Assembly (NCBI GenBank): GCA_043748345.1
Contig: JAYTNJ010000086.1
Span: 7,259-71,258 of the forward strand
Direction: 5' to 3'
From: Saprospiraceae bacterium
GTDB lineage: Bacteria; Bacteroidota; Bacteroidia; Chitinophagales; Saprospiraceae
DNA length: 64,000 nt
Shown here: one piece after another, positions 9,063 to 18,381 of the stretch
Layout: every line of letters begins with the position of its first letter
How positions within the stretch are numbered: the first letter of the stretch is position 1
Translations under genes and position numbers: made by a program
The notes under the pieces: model-generated
What the model saw: the letters and a program-made list of their open reading frames with translations, nothing else
The model's database searches: none
Told to the model about the DNA's origin: nothing

Positions 9063-9284
9063 TAAATTGTATGAAAAAAAAGAGACTCTCTAATCACAAG
9101 ACAGTCTCTTAAAAATAAAACCCAATAATATAAGGGACTCCCGGAACCTCTATACTGACTAGATTTTTACTATTTTTATTGATTTTTTATAAAATATATT
9201 TCCGGCTTGAATAAAATAAATACCAGAAGCAAATGCCGTCATATCTACAGTCAATTCAGCATCTGATACTTTTTTTGATAGCAT
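9063..9284. repeat. Direct repeat copy B (terminator plus 3' end of the DUF4331-CHRD gene)
   Basis: Partner of 7925-8144. Confidence 0.85.
9072..9110 (-). terminator. Intrinsic terminator of the DUF4331-CHRD gene
   Basis: Perfect 8-bp stem aagagact / agtctctt (9080-9087, 9103-9110), followed on the minus strand by a run of 8-9 U. Confidence 0.7.
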
Positions 9285-12200
9285 CAATCTTCCTGATATA
9301 TCTCTGATTTGGACGGTACTATTCTCAAACAAACTGTTTTTACCGTCATACTTTATTTTAACTAAATTAGAAACAGGATTTGGGAAAACATCTATTGTAA
9401 AAGTCTCTTTTCCTACTTCTACCACGGCACTTTGAAATGCGCAGTCAGGCTTCCTGGTTATTTGACCTCTGATCTCACCATTTGGATTTTTAGTAGTGTG
9501 TACATTTACATAAGCTGTGCCAGACTGAATTTGATTGGCAAGTGATTTAGTAAAAGCATCTGTATAATAGAAAAATGCACTGTTTTTTGACCATTTATCC
9601 GTAAAATCATAAACGACAGGTCCTGAAGTGCCTTTGGGCCCATTATGTATATGGGCACTTTGAAAAGGTGTACTTAATTCACTGGCGACAACCATCAAGT
9701 GCGCTTCATCAAAATCTCTGTTAAAAGCAAACATACCTGAACCACTGGCATTGCCGGCATTGGTGACAGGAGGTGTCTGCTGCTGTGGGCAAAGATCATA
9801 AGCATATCCGTCTCTTGCAACTCGATATATCTGACCTCTGACCTCACCAGACGGGAATGTGGGTGAATGAACATTAAAATAAAGACTTCCTGTCAAAAAA
9901 TCACTCAATAAATCTTTAGTAATCACAACTGAGTCTCCAGAGATGGTTTGACCATTTAAACTTTTGCCCAAGTCAACCACCACTCCACCAGCAATACCAA
10001 GCTTACTTTTATGAATATGGGCTGCCGTTATTGTCGAAACAGGATTATCTATCAGAATACGATAACTTAGTCTATCCAATGTGGATGTCACAAAACCCAT
10101 AGAGAGCGCTAGAGTGTTATTGTCCACTCGTGGTACTTCCTGATCATCAGTCATCCAGGCATCAAAATGCATGCCTTTTATGCTTGTCAATTGACCCCTG
10201 ATTTCTCCTCCCGGAAATGCGTCAGTGTGTATGTTTAAGTATATATTACCTGCTCTCAGGTCCGATATATAAGCACCAGGCTTAAATTTTGCAATTATTG
10301 TATTTCCAACTACAAATGTTTTAAGATCTTCGATTACAGCTCCATTTGCACCGGCGGCTCCTTTGTGAAAGTGTATTGATTTGATTGGTCCTGTGAGTTT
10401 TGTGGCAAGAAGATTTATCTCCATAATATTAGTATTGGCTGTATAAATCACGCTGACAAGCCCTTTGCCGGTTGTGTTTACCGCAGGTACCTCATTTCCT
10501 CCATTGAGTTCCGCACCAAATGATTCAGCCGCCTCAAGTAACAACTGACCACGCAACTCGCCTGCAGGAAAATTCGCCGTGTGAACGTTCAGATAGTAAT
10601 CCCCGTCAATGAATGTTGCCACATCTGCTTTTGTAACCGCAAAAGTACTAACTAATCTTCCTTGTTTGTATTTGCTTGTAAGGTCAAATTTTACAGGTCC
10701 ATTTACACCTGTTTTTCCTGAGTGAATATGTACTCCCTGAAATGCTGAAGAAAGATTAGCGACTGACATATTTATTGTTGCCTGTGTATAAGTGTCATTA
10801 AACGTAATAGTAGCTACACCAACTGCATCAGATGTTACTTCTGGAACTTCATTCCCACCATTCAACCTTGCTGAAATAAGAAAATTATCGCCAAAATTAG
10901 GATCAAAGATGGCTACTTCCGGCTGCTTTACGATGACCTGACCGCTACATGCTCCTGTGCCACTATGCGGCATGGCAAGATAAGGAAAAGCAGCACCAAA
11001 TGTTTTATCATTTTTTTCAACGCCAGTAGTATAAGTCAATACGTTTAATAATTGTTTTGTAACCGGGCTGGGAGATGAAGCAGGTATATAATCATCATAC
11101 CAGAGGCCTATGGCTGCAAGTACAACTCCAGCAACTGCTTGCAATTCTATTCTGGTGACGTCGTCTTCCAATCTCCTGCCATTCGGAAATCCATCCATAT
11201 TAGGAATGAACTCCAGGTTTTTAGTTGTGTTGAACGGGGCCACCGTAAGTCCAATCGCTGCGGCTTGTATCAATCCTAAACTACTAAAATTGGGGTCATT
11301 TCGCGGGGTAGGTGGCACAGCCATATTCAGTCTCAACATATCGCCTCCGTTCGGAAGAAAATTATTGACAAATGGTTTTCCTGCTGCGAGTGGATTTCCA
11401 GCTTTACCTGTTGCTAACTGATAAGGAATCACATTAGGAACACCAGTATGGAAGGCCGGCCATAAATCTACAGAACGTGGTTTGCCTGGTCCCGGCAATA
11501 ATAGTGTTCCAAAAACTGCATCGTCCAGGGCTGTACCAGCCAGTGCTACATTCCCTTTCAAACCATATAATCCATTGGCACCGTTTGTAAAATCAAAAGA
11601 TCCGAGCGACTTTTGTTGAATCCTAAGTGGAGCAAATCCTGGAACTGCACCTCCAAATAAATCATCATCCATGTATAAAGCTAATTCCGGATTGAAAAAG
11701 TATCTGTCAAGAGTAGTGTCTGCTATTTCATCATATGGAGTTATACTATTCCAATAATCTTTAGACCCGATAGGAATAACGGCTTCATTTGTCAGCGGCA
11801 TACCTAGTCTTGAAACCTGTATCCAGTTGCCTGAGTATGTTGGTTCACTAGTTTTGCTCAAAGTGGTTACAGCTTGTCGGCTTGCTGATGCCCATACTCC
11901 AATGACATAATCAGGGTCTAGTATGGATGTTGGAACAGTTGGAGCACTTGTTTTTTTCAATGTATTTATAGGCACTTGTATGACTATAGCACTGACATTA
12001 TAGCAAGCTAAACCATCTACTGAACTACCTCCTTGTCTGGGTGAATCACCGAGGTCGAAAATACCACCCAAATCCACAAAAAACGGATCATCTGTTGGTC
12101 CGGCGAATACTTTTTCACCAGAAGTGGCAGTTGCTATACCCCCTTGAAATAAAGCACTATATGTAGTATTCAAACCTGCGGCACCAGTTATAGACCTTTC

Positions 12201-12665
12201 ACCGATATTATTTGGAGGTACTATGCCATTCGCAATGATAGTCTGAAAAGAAACTCCTCTATCCATGCTTCGTTCAAGTTTATACGTAGTTTTTTGATTT
12301 TGTTTTCCTAACCTTATATTAAAAAAAGTAGTAGGGTCTTCATTGGTCACATTGAATGTAAACCTGTATGTAATCTCATCCCCTGGTTTGGATGCATCAT
12401 TATCCACATGAACTTCATATCTGATATTTTTTCCGAAAGTATAATAATTAGGCCCTCCTTGTGGCAGTTGCATCGGCACATACGTCGCTATCAATGTTAC
12501 CATATCAGGTTTGTCAGGACTTCTGAAAGCATATACATCGACATTATCAGCCAATGGGTCACTCGAAATCAACGGTGCTTCTCTATGGCTTGACGCCAGT
12601 AAATGGTTGCTTAGTATCAACAAAGAAACCAAAACGAGTAAATGAAGTATATTTTTATGTCTCAT
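9159..12665 (-). CDS. Secreted DUF4331 domain protein fused to four CHRD domains and a T9SS C-terminal sorting domain
   Basis: Signal peptide followed by SSHREAPLISSDPLADNVDVYAF (DUF4331 N-terminal signature). Four ~115-aa repeats each have ..NGGNEVP.., ..HIH.G..G..G.V.. and ..Y.NVHT..FP.GE(I/L)RGQ (CHRD). C-terminal FPNPVSN...GIYFIQ...KIVKI (T9SS CTD). Confidence 0.85.
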   Translation of the reverse strand: MRHKNILHLLVLVSLLILSNHLLASSHREAPLISSDPLADNVDVYAFRSPDKPDMVTLIATYVPMQLPQGGPNYYTFGKNIRYEVHVDNDASKPGDEITYRFTFNVTNEDPTTFFNIRLGKQNQKTTYKLERSMDRGVSFQTIIANGIVPPNNIGERSITGAAGLNTTYSALFQGGIATATSGEKVFAGPTDDPFFVDLGGIFDLGDSPRQGGSSVDGLACYNVSAIVIQVPINTLKKTSAPTVPTSILDPDYVIGVWASASRQAVTTLSKTSEPTYSGNWIQVSRLGMPLTNEAVIPIGSKDYWNSITPYDEIADTTLDRYFFNPELALYMDDDLFGGAVPGFAPLRIQQKSLGSFDFTNGANGLYGLKGNVALAGTALDDAVFGTLLLPGPGKPRSVDLWPAFHTGVPNVIPYQLATGKAGNPLAAGKPFVNNFLPNGGDMLRLNMAVPPTPRNDPNFSSLGLIQAAAIGLTVAPFNTTKNLEFIPNMDGFPNGRRLEDDVTRIELQAVAGVVLAAIGLWYDDYIPASSPSPVTKQLLNVLTYTTGVEKNDKTFGAAFPYLAMPHSGTGACSGQVIVKQPEVAIFDPNFGDNFLISARLNGGNEVPEVTSDAVGVATITFNDTYTQATINMSVANLSSAFQGVHIHSGKTGVNGPVKFDLTSKYKQGRLVSTFAVTKADVATFIDGDYYLNVHTANFPAGELRGQLLLEAAESFGAELNGGNEVPAVNTTGKGLVSVIYTANTNIMEINLLATKLTGPIKSIHFHKGAAGANGAVIEDLKTFVVGNTIIAKFKPGAYISDLRAGNIYLNIHTDAFPGGEIRGQLTSIKGMHFDAWMTDDQEVPRVDNNTLALSMGFVTSTLDRLSYRILIDNPVSTITAAHIHKSKLGIAGGVVVDLGKSLNGQTISGDSVVITKDLLSDFLTGSLYFNVHSPTFPSGEVRGQIYRVARDGYAYDLCPQQQTPPVTNAGNASGSGMFAFNRDFDEAHLMVVASELSTPFQSAHIHNGPKGTSGPVVYDFTDKWSKNSAFFYYTDAFTKSLANQIQSGTAYVNVHTTKNPNGEIRGQITRKPDCAFQSAVVEVGKETFTIDVFPNPVSNLVKIKYDGKNSLFENSTVQIRDISGRLMLSKKVSDAELTVDMTAFASGIYFIQAGNIFYKKSIKIVKI

Positions 12666-12687
12666 TATGTTTTTTTTTATAGATTTA

Positions 12688-14439
12688 TTATTGTCTTACT
12701 TCTGTTCCACTCCACGGCATAGCCATGTAAGGGAATGTTTTTTGAAAAGGTTTATCATTTTTATCAACCCCGGTTGTGTACGTGAGTACATTTAACAACT
12801 TAGGTGTCACGGGGCTTGGAGACGTTGCTGGTATGTAATCATCATACCAAAGACCTACTGCAGCTAAAACTACTCCTGCTACTGCTTGAAGTTCGATTCT
12901 TGTGACATCATCTTCGAGTCTTCTGCCGTTAGGAAAGCCATCCATATTTGGAATAAATTCAAGATTTTTAGTGGTATTAAATGGAGCTACCGTCAATCCA
13001 ATAGCTGCTGCCTGAATTAAACCCAATGGACTAAAATTTGGATCATCTCTTGGTGTAGGTGGCACAGCCATATTGAGTCTCAACATATCGCCACCGTTCG
13101 GAAGGAAATTATTAACAAATGGTTTTCCCGCAGCAAGTGGATTGCCCCCTTTACCTGTTGCTAATTGATAAGGAATAACATTAGGCACTCCGGTGTGAAA
13201 AGCAGGCCACAAATCAACAGATCTTGGTTTTCCTGGTCCGGGCAATAAAAGAGTTCCAAAAACTGCGTCATCCAGAGCTGTCCCCGCAAGTGCAGCATTT
13301 CCTTTGAGCATGAATAATCCATCGGCTCCATTAGTAAAATCAAATGATCCCAGTGATTTCTGCTGAATACGTAGGGGTGCAAACGCCGGGACTGCTCCTC
13401 CAAATAAGTCATCATCCATATATAATCCCAACTCAGGATTATAAAAATATTTATCAAGTGTTGTTTCAGAAATCTCATCATAAGGACTAAGACGGTTCCA
13501 ATAATCTTTATCTCCTACTGCTATCACAGCTTCATTGGTCAATGGCATTCCCAGTCTTGAAACCTGGATCCAGTCACCTGAATGGTTGGCAGTAGCGCCG
13601 TTGGTAAGCGTTTTGATGGCCGGTCTGCTTGCAGATGCCCACACTCCAATGACATAATTACCATCCAAAATATTTGCTGGTACAGGTGCTGCACCGGTTT
13701 TAAGTAATGTTGTGATAGGTACTTGTATAGCAATAGAATGTACATTATATTTTGATAAACCGTCCCTTGCTTGTTCGCCTCCTTGTCTTGGTGCGTTACC
13801 CAAATCAAAAATACCGCCTAAATCTACATAGAAAGGATCATCAACTGGCCCGGCAAAAACTTTTTCGCCCGTTGTTGATGTTGTGATAGCTGCATTAAAT
13901 AGGGTAGCATATTTTGTATTCATTCCCACACCTGATTCGATAGATCTTGGACCAATATTTGGAGGCGGAACGATACCATTAGATACAACGGTCTGAAAAG
14001 ATACACCTCTATCTATACTCCTTTCTAGTTTATAGGTTGTTTTCAGATTTTGTTTTCCAAGCCGAATGTTAAAAAAAGTGCTAGGATCTTCATTGACTTT
14101 GGTAAAAGTAAACCTATAAACGATCTCATCTCCTGGCTTTGAAGCATCATTATCAATGTGAATTTCATACCTGATGTTTTCGCCAAAACTATAATAATTT
14201 GGGCCTCCAAAAGGTAGCTCACCAGGAATATAATTCGCAATGATAGTGATCATATTTGGATTATCCGGTGAGCGGAATGCATACAGATCCGTATTGTCAG
14301 CCAGCGGATCACTGGCTATCAAGGGTGCTTCCCTGTGACTCGACCCAAAAGCCAGATGGGTCATAAGAAATAGATTGAGGAAAAGGCAAAGATTTCTCCA
14401 GCTTAGTCCTCCAAACTTTACGTGTGAAATTGACTTCAT
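12688..14439 (-). CDS. Secreted DUF4331 domain protein (paralogue without CHRD or CTD)
   Basis: Collinear with the first ~580 aa of the downstream gene. GSSHREAPLIASDPLADNTDLYAF follows the signal peptide. The start is placed at ATG 14439 (MKSISHVKFGG...), because the longer ORF to 14493 only adds a non-signal-like extension. Confidence 0.85.
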   Translation of the reverse strand: MKSISHVKFGGLSWRNLCLFLNLFLMTHLAFGSSHREAPLIASDPLADNTDLYAFRSPDNPNMITIIANYIPGELPFGGPNYYSFGENIRYEIHIDNDASKPGDEIVYRFTFTKVNEDPSTFFNIRLGKQNLKTTYKLERSIDRGVSFQTVVSNGIVPPPNIGPRSIESGVGMNTKYATLFNAAITTSTTGEKVFAGPVDDPFYVDLGGIFDLGNAPRQGGEQARDGLSKYNVHSIAIQVPITTLLKTGAAPVPANILDGNYVIGVWASASRPAIKTLTNGATANHSGDWIQVSRLGMPLTNEAVIAVGDKDYWNRLSPYDEISETTLDKYFYNPELGLYMDDDLFGGAVPAFAPLRIQQKSLGSFDFTNGADGLFMLKGNAALAGTALDDAVFGTLLLPGPGKPRSVDLWPAFHTGVPNVIPYQLATGKGGNPLAAGKPFVNNFLPNGGDMLRLNMAVPPTPRDDPNFSPLGLIQAAAIGLTVAPFNTTKNLEFIPNMDGFPNGRRLEDDVTRIELQAVAGVVLAAVGLWYDDYIPATSPSPVTPKLLNVLTYTTGVDKNDKPFQKTFPYMAMPWSGTEVRQ

Positions 14440-14576
14440 TTTTTTAAAAATTGTTAGAAAGTTAACCAATACCCATGCAGGTGCATAAGCCATTGGGTGC
14501 CCAATGAGGCTGATAGCATAATATTTATTCCTGTTTTTTTTATTGCCGTAGTGGCAAAATAAACCTTCACATAATT

Positions 14577-15797
14577 CTACATACTTAAAGCTTTTAACTC
14601 AGGATGTTTTGAATGTGTAGTTGCGGCAGCTGCAATATATTTTTTCGTCATAACTTTATTATTTTCTGATGCATATATTCTGGCAAGAATTCTATTGACG
14701 TCAATATTGTTGGGTCGCTTTTGGTATTCTTTTTGGGCATATTCAAGGGCTTTGTCAGTGTTATTTAACAGATCAAGATAAACATGAGCATACTCCAAAT
14801 TCATATTATGGCCTGTTTTTTCATCATCCTTCATCATTGTAAATATTTCATGTATCAGAGGGTCAATAGCTTGGGTGTTTCCTTGTTTTTTGTAGATCTC
14901 CGCCAGTTGGGTATAAAAACCTACTTCAGGAATAATAGCAATAGCATCTTTTGTCATCTTTTCAGCCAATGTCAGATCATTTTTTTGCATATACACTGAA
15001 CCAAGCGCAGCGACCGCAAACGGGTAATTTTGTCTCTGAGCAAGTATCTCTTTATAAAGTGCCTCAGCTTTGTCAAATTTACCAAACAATTTATACATAT
15101 CAGCGAGAGTCAGCATAGCCCACGCGGTATCTTCATACCCTGGAATTCCTGCTTCAACCGCCATTTTCATTGCATCTATCGCCTGATCTACTTCACCATG
15201 GATTTCTCTGATATAAGATATTCTTGCATAAGATCTTAGATCAGGTTTCATCGCTATCATAATATCAGCCATTTTGATAGCTTCGTCATAATTACCAAGT
15301 TCTACGTTAGCATCAACCAGAACCCCAAAAATCTGAGGGTTATTAGGATTGATAGCAACCGCTTTTTGGCCAGTTAATAACGCCCCATTAAAATCATGAT
15401 GTGAAAGCTGCACACCAGCTTTAGTTACCAAAGCCAAAAAGTCCATGTCTCTATCGGTCGATTTACTATTTAATATCTGATCAGTCATACTGAGAGCAGC
15501 ATTATAATAATGACCATGTTCGCCAGTAACACGTGCTTCTCTTATAAACAATTGGGCCATGCGGATTTTAGACTCTTGATCATTTTCATTTTTTTGAATC
15601 GCAAGTTTTAGTTTCTGGTAAGAATTCATGACATCATCCCATTCTTTACCATTACGTAGTTTTTCATTTCGATCCAGTAAAGAAGGAATATTAGATATTG
15701 TAGCTTTGTTTTCAGGTTGGTAGCTACAGCCAAAGAGTAAAATGACTAACAATACAGACAAAAAATTCATCTGATTTTTAAAGTAAGGGAGTCTCAT
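14577..15797 (-). CDS. TPR-repeat lipoprotein
   Basis: Lipobox-like LLFGCSY after a signal peptide, then multiple 34-aa TPR-like repeats (..A...Y..A...NP.N..). Same strand as, and 137 nt upstream of, the DUF4331 genes. Confidence 0.8.
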   Translation of the reverse strand: MRLPYFKNQMNFLSVLLVILLFGCSYQPENKATISNIPSLLDRNEKLRNGKEWDDVMNSYQKLKLAIQKNENDQESKIRMAQLFIREARVTGEHGHYYNAALSMTDQILNSKSTDRDMDFLALVTKAGVQLSHHDFNGALLTGQKAVAINPNNPQIFGVLVDANVELGNYDEAIKMADIMIAMKPDLRSYARISYIREIHGEVDQAIDAMKMAVEAGIPGYEDTAWAMLTLADMYKLFGKFDKAEALYKEILAQRQNYPFAVAALGSVYMQKNDLTLAEKMTKDAIAIIPEVGFYTQLAEIYKKQGNTQAIDPLIHEIFTMMKDDEKTGHNMNLEYAHVYLDLLNNTDKALEYAQKEYQKRPNNIDVNRILARIYASENNKVMTKKYIAAAATTHSKHPELKALSM

Positions 15798-16383
15798 AAG
15801 TAATGATTTTTAAAGAGTAATTCAATAATATGATTAATATCACTTACTTACGAGTAGATAGGGGAAGTTGGATTTACTTTTTATAATTTATTTTTAGCTA
15901 AGTGATCAATGCATGCTGAAAAGATCAATATCGGAAGATGGATAGACCTAAAATGTTATAAAAAATTGCTTAACTCAATCCTTAAAACGCAATGAGTTAC
16001 TCTTACAAGAGATAATTAATATAAAATAATATTTGCTGAAAATATGCCTCTAACAAGTTCTATCACTTGTTCAGAACATTTTGAACTTATGCCTAGGGCA
16101 TCTAAAAAAATATTTAGGTAATCTAACTTGCAAAGTTTATTTGTGCGTCTGTGTTTTTAAATGATAAAAATTTGGCATCTACCATCAATACTTTCAAAAT
16201 TACAAAATAAGGATAGATTGAGTCATAATATACTTAAAAACTCGCGATATCTTTATACAATTGCTGATGAATAAATCCGATAATCAATTTAACAACGTAT
16301 ATCGTCTTGTTAACAATACAAATCCAGAATAATTAAAAAACAAATGTTGTGAATAAATTAAAGATATTGAAATAAACCTATCT

Positions 16384-16962
16384 TTGTATGATATAAGAAA
16401 AAATTAAACCATAGAAATACAGTCGGTCATACTGTCCATCAGACAAGGCGATGAGTCCGGTCTTAAAACCTTGTATGAGCATTATGCTGATGCTTTATAT
16501 GGTATTGTCTTGCGAATACTGAATCGTCAGGATGACGCCGAGGAAGTACTTCAGGCTGTCTTCCTTAAAATATGGAACAATATAGAATCTTATAATGAAA
16601 ATAGAGCCACCCTCTTTACCTGGATGGCTCAGATAGCCCGAAACACAGCGATAGACAGAAAAAGATTGAAATCATTTGAAATGGTTTCTAAAACTGAATC
16701 ATTCGATATTTCGCAAAGCACCTTAAGAACGGATGGTAATAAAGCAGATATTGATATAGAACATTTGATCAAAGATATGCCTGAAAAATACAAGGTGTTG
16801 ATCGCCAAAATGTTTCTGGAAGGATATACCCAGCAAGAAATAGCGGATGAAATGGATATGCCTTTAGGAACAGTCAAAACAAGACTAAGAGATGCTATTA
16901 AAATGCTTCGGGACTCGCTAAAAGATGAAAAACATTTATTATATATGTTATTTTTAATGTAA
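16384..16962 (+). CDS. ECF-type RNA polymerase sigma-70 family factor (start codon uncertain)
   Basis: Region 2 (LYGIVLRIL..DAEEVLQAVFLKIW, FTWMAQIARN.AIDRKR) and region 4 (GYTQQEIADEMDMPLGTVKTRLR). The in-frame sequence upstream of the 16471 TTG encodes ..ILSIRQGDESGLKT, the usual ECF N-terminus. No ATG or GTG is available there. TTG 16384 is the only classical candidate. Confidence 0.85.
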
Positions 16963-16969
16963 CAGAAAT

Positions 16970-17755
16970 TTGGACATAAAACAATACATAGAATCAGGCA
17001 TTTTAGAGCTTTATGTGCTCGGGCAACTTTCACCGGAAGAGGAGAAGGGTGTTCAGGATATGCAGGCTAAACACATTGAAATTCAAAGAGAAATTTATGA
17101 GATCTCTTTGAGCCTAGAAAAATATGGTCAAATCAATTCCATCAAAGCTCCAGAATCTGTTTCAGATCAGCTTTTTCAAAATTTACCAGCGAAAAAATTT
17201 GAAAAAAACATTCATTCTAATGCAACTAAAAGTCCAAAATATGAATCAGGAATCAACTGGAATCTATTAAACACCCTATTGGCTTTGGTGTCAATATTGG
17301 GATTTACCTTATACTTTATTCAAAAATCTGAAAACACGGCTCAACTTCAAAAATATGAATCAGCCTTAAAAGATTGTGATTCCATTGCCACAATACAAAA
17401 GGAAGAATTTGCCATTATAAATCAAATTAACAAACCTGATAATAAAATCATCAATTTGCTTGCTACACCAGGATATGCAGGCATTTCTGTGTATTTACAT
17501 TATAATGCAGTAGAGAAGAAAAACTTTTTACAACTGGTCAATTTACCCGACATCACCAAAGAGCAGGTTTTCCAATTGTGGGCACTTAGGGACGGTGTTG
17601 ATCCAATGCCTTTAGATATTTTTGTTGATAAAAATAAAATTATACCTGTTACCTTCGTTGACAATACAGTTACTTATGCTATAACTATAGAACCAAATGG
17701 CGGCAGCAAAGCACCATCATTGGAAAAACTAATTGGAACTTTGGGAATTATTTAA
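16970..17755 (+). CDS. Anti-sigma factor, RskA-like (N-terminal zinc-finger-less ASD, one TM helix, extracytoplasmic RskA domain)
   Basis: Starts 7 nt after the sigma gene. YIESGILELYVLGQLSPEE N-terminal ASD-like helix, a central TM helix (LLNTLLALVSILGFTLYFI) and a C-terminal FQLWAL..G..P.PLDIF...ITIEPNGGSKAPS motif of the RskA family. Confidence 0.75.
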   Translation: MDIKQYIESGILELYVLGQLSPEEEKGVQDMQAKHIEIQREIYEISLSLEKYGQINSIKAPESVSDQLFQNLPAKKFEKNIHSNATKSPKYESGINWNLLNTLLALVSILGFTLYFIQKSENTAQLQKYESALKDCDSIATIQKEEFAIINQINKPDNKIINLLATPGYAGISVYLHYNAVEKKNFLQLVNLPDITKEQVFQLWALRDGVDPMPLDIFVDKNKIIPVTFVDNTVTYAITIEPNGGSKAPSLEKLIGTLGII

Positions 17756-17856
17756 ACAGTATCAGTTTTTGGTTTTCAATAGATAATCGATTTTATTGAA
17801 CCAAAATAGCCCATTTTGTATTTACCTTGTGGATTGAAAAAAGAAACCAATCAATT

Positions 17857-18381
17857 ATGGAATTTAAAAACCCACAATTAGATACTACTATGTTACCATC
17901 TTCACAACATGTAGTTTATGAAAAACTAGACCCAGCATATAGAAAGGTCAGTATCTATTTCACATCCTTTGTTTTTGCAGTATTAATTACTATATACCTC
18001 ATAGTGGGACTGTTCATAGATGACCTCTATCAGTTCCCTTGGATTCTTCTTTTTTGCATCATCTGGTCTGTCTTTACGGGAATATTTATGATACTGGCTA
18101 TAAAAGGTTATGAATATGAAGGATACGCCATACGCGAAAAAGATATTCTCTATAAGTCAGGTATTTTCTTCAGATCAACCCTCATCATTCCTTTCAACAG
18201 GGTGCAACACTGTGAAATAGAACAAGGGCCAATAGATAGATTTTTTAGACTGTCAGAATTATCTCTTTTTACAGCTGGTGGCAGCGGTAGTGATCTTTGT
18301 ATTCCAGGACTTGGAGAAGAAAAAGCTGCCGCTCTAAAAAATTTCATTACTAACAAAGTAGCGCAGGATGAAGAAGAATAA
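17857..18381 (+). CDS. YdbS-like membrane protein with bacterial PH (bPH_2) domain
   Basis: Two TM helices followed by YAIREKDILYKSGIFFRSTLIIPFNRVQHCEIEQGPIDRFFRLSELSLFTAG (bPH_2 signature). ATG 17857 is preferred over the upstream TTG. Confidence 0.75.
   Translation: MEFKNPQLDTTMLPSSQHVVYEKLDPAYRKVSIYFTSFVFAVLITIYLIVGLFIDDLYQFPWILLFCIIWSVFTGIFMILAIKGYEYEGYAIREKDILYKSGIFFRSTLIIPFNRVQHCEIEQGPIDRFFRLSELSLFTAGGSGSDLCIPGLGEEKAAALKNFITNKVAQDEEE

Noticed and set aside
11110-12593. Plus-strand ORFs 11110-11421 and 12408-12593.
   Set aside because: They lie antisense inside the DUF4331-CHRD gene, and nothing supports them.
11060-13425. Near-identical ~205-aa block shared by the two DUF4331 paralogues, initially taken as evidence of recent gene conversion.
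   Set aside because: The nucleotide sequences differ at many synonymous positions throughout the block. The protein identity therefore reflects purifying selection, not recent homogenisation.
13161-14240. Same-strand out-of-frame ORFs inside the DUF4331 gene (13161-13481, 13539-13808, 14043-14240).
   Set aside because: They are alternative-frame ORFs nested in a gene whose main frame is collinear with its paralogue over its whole length. The peptides look like frame-shifted noise.
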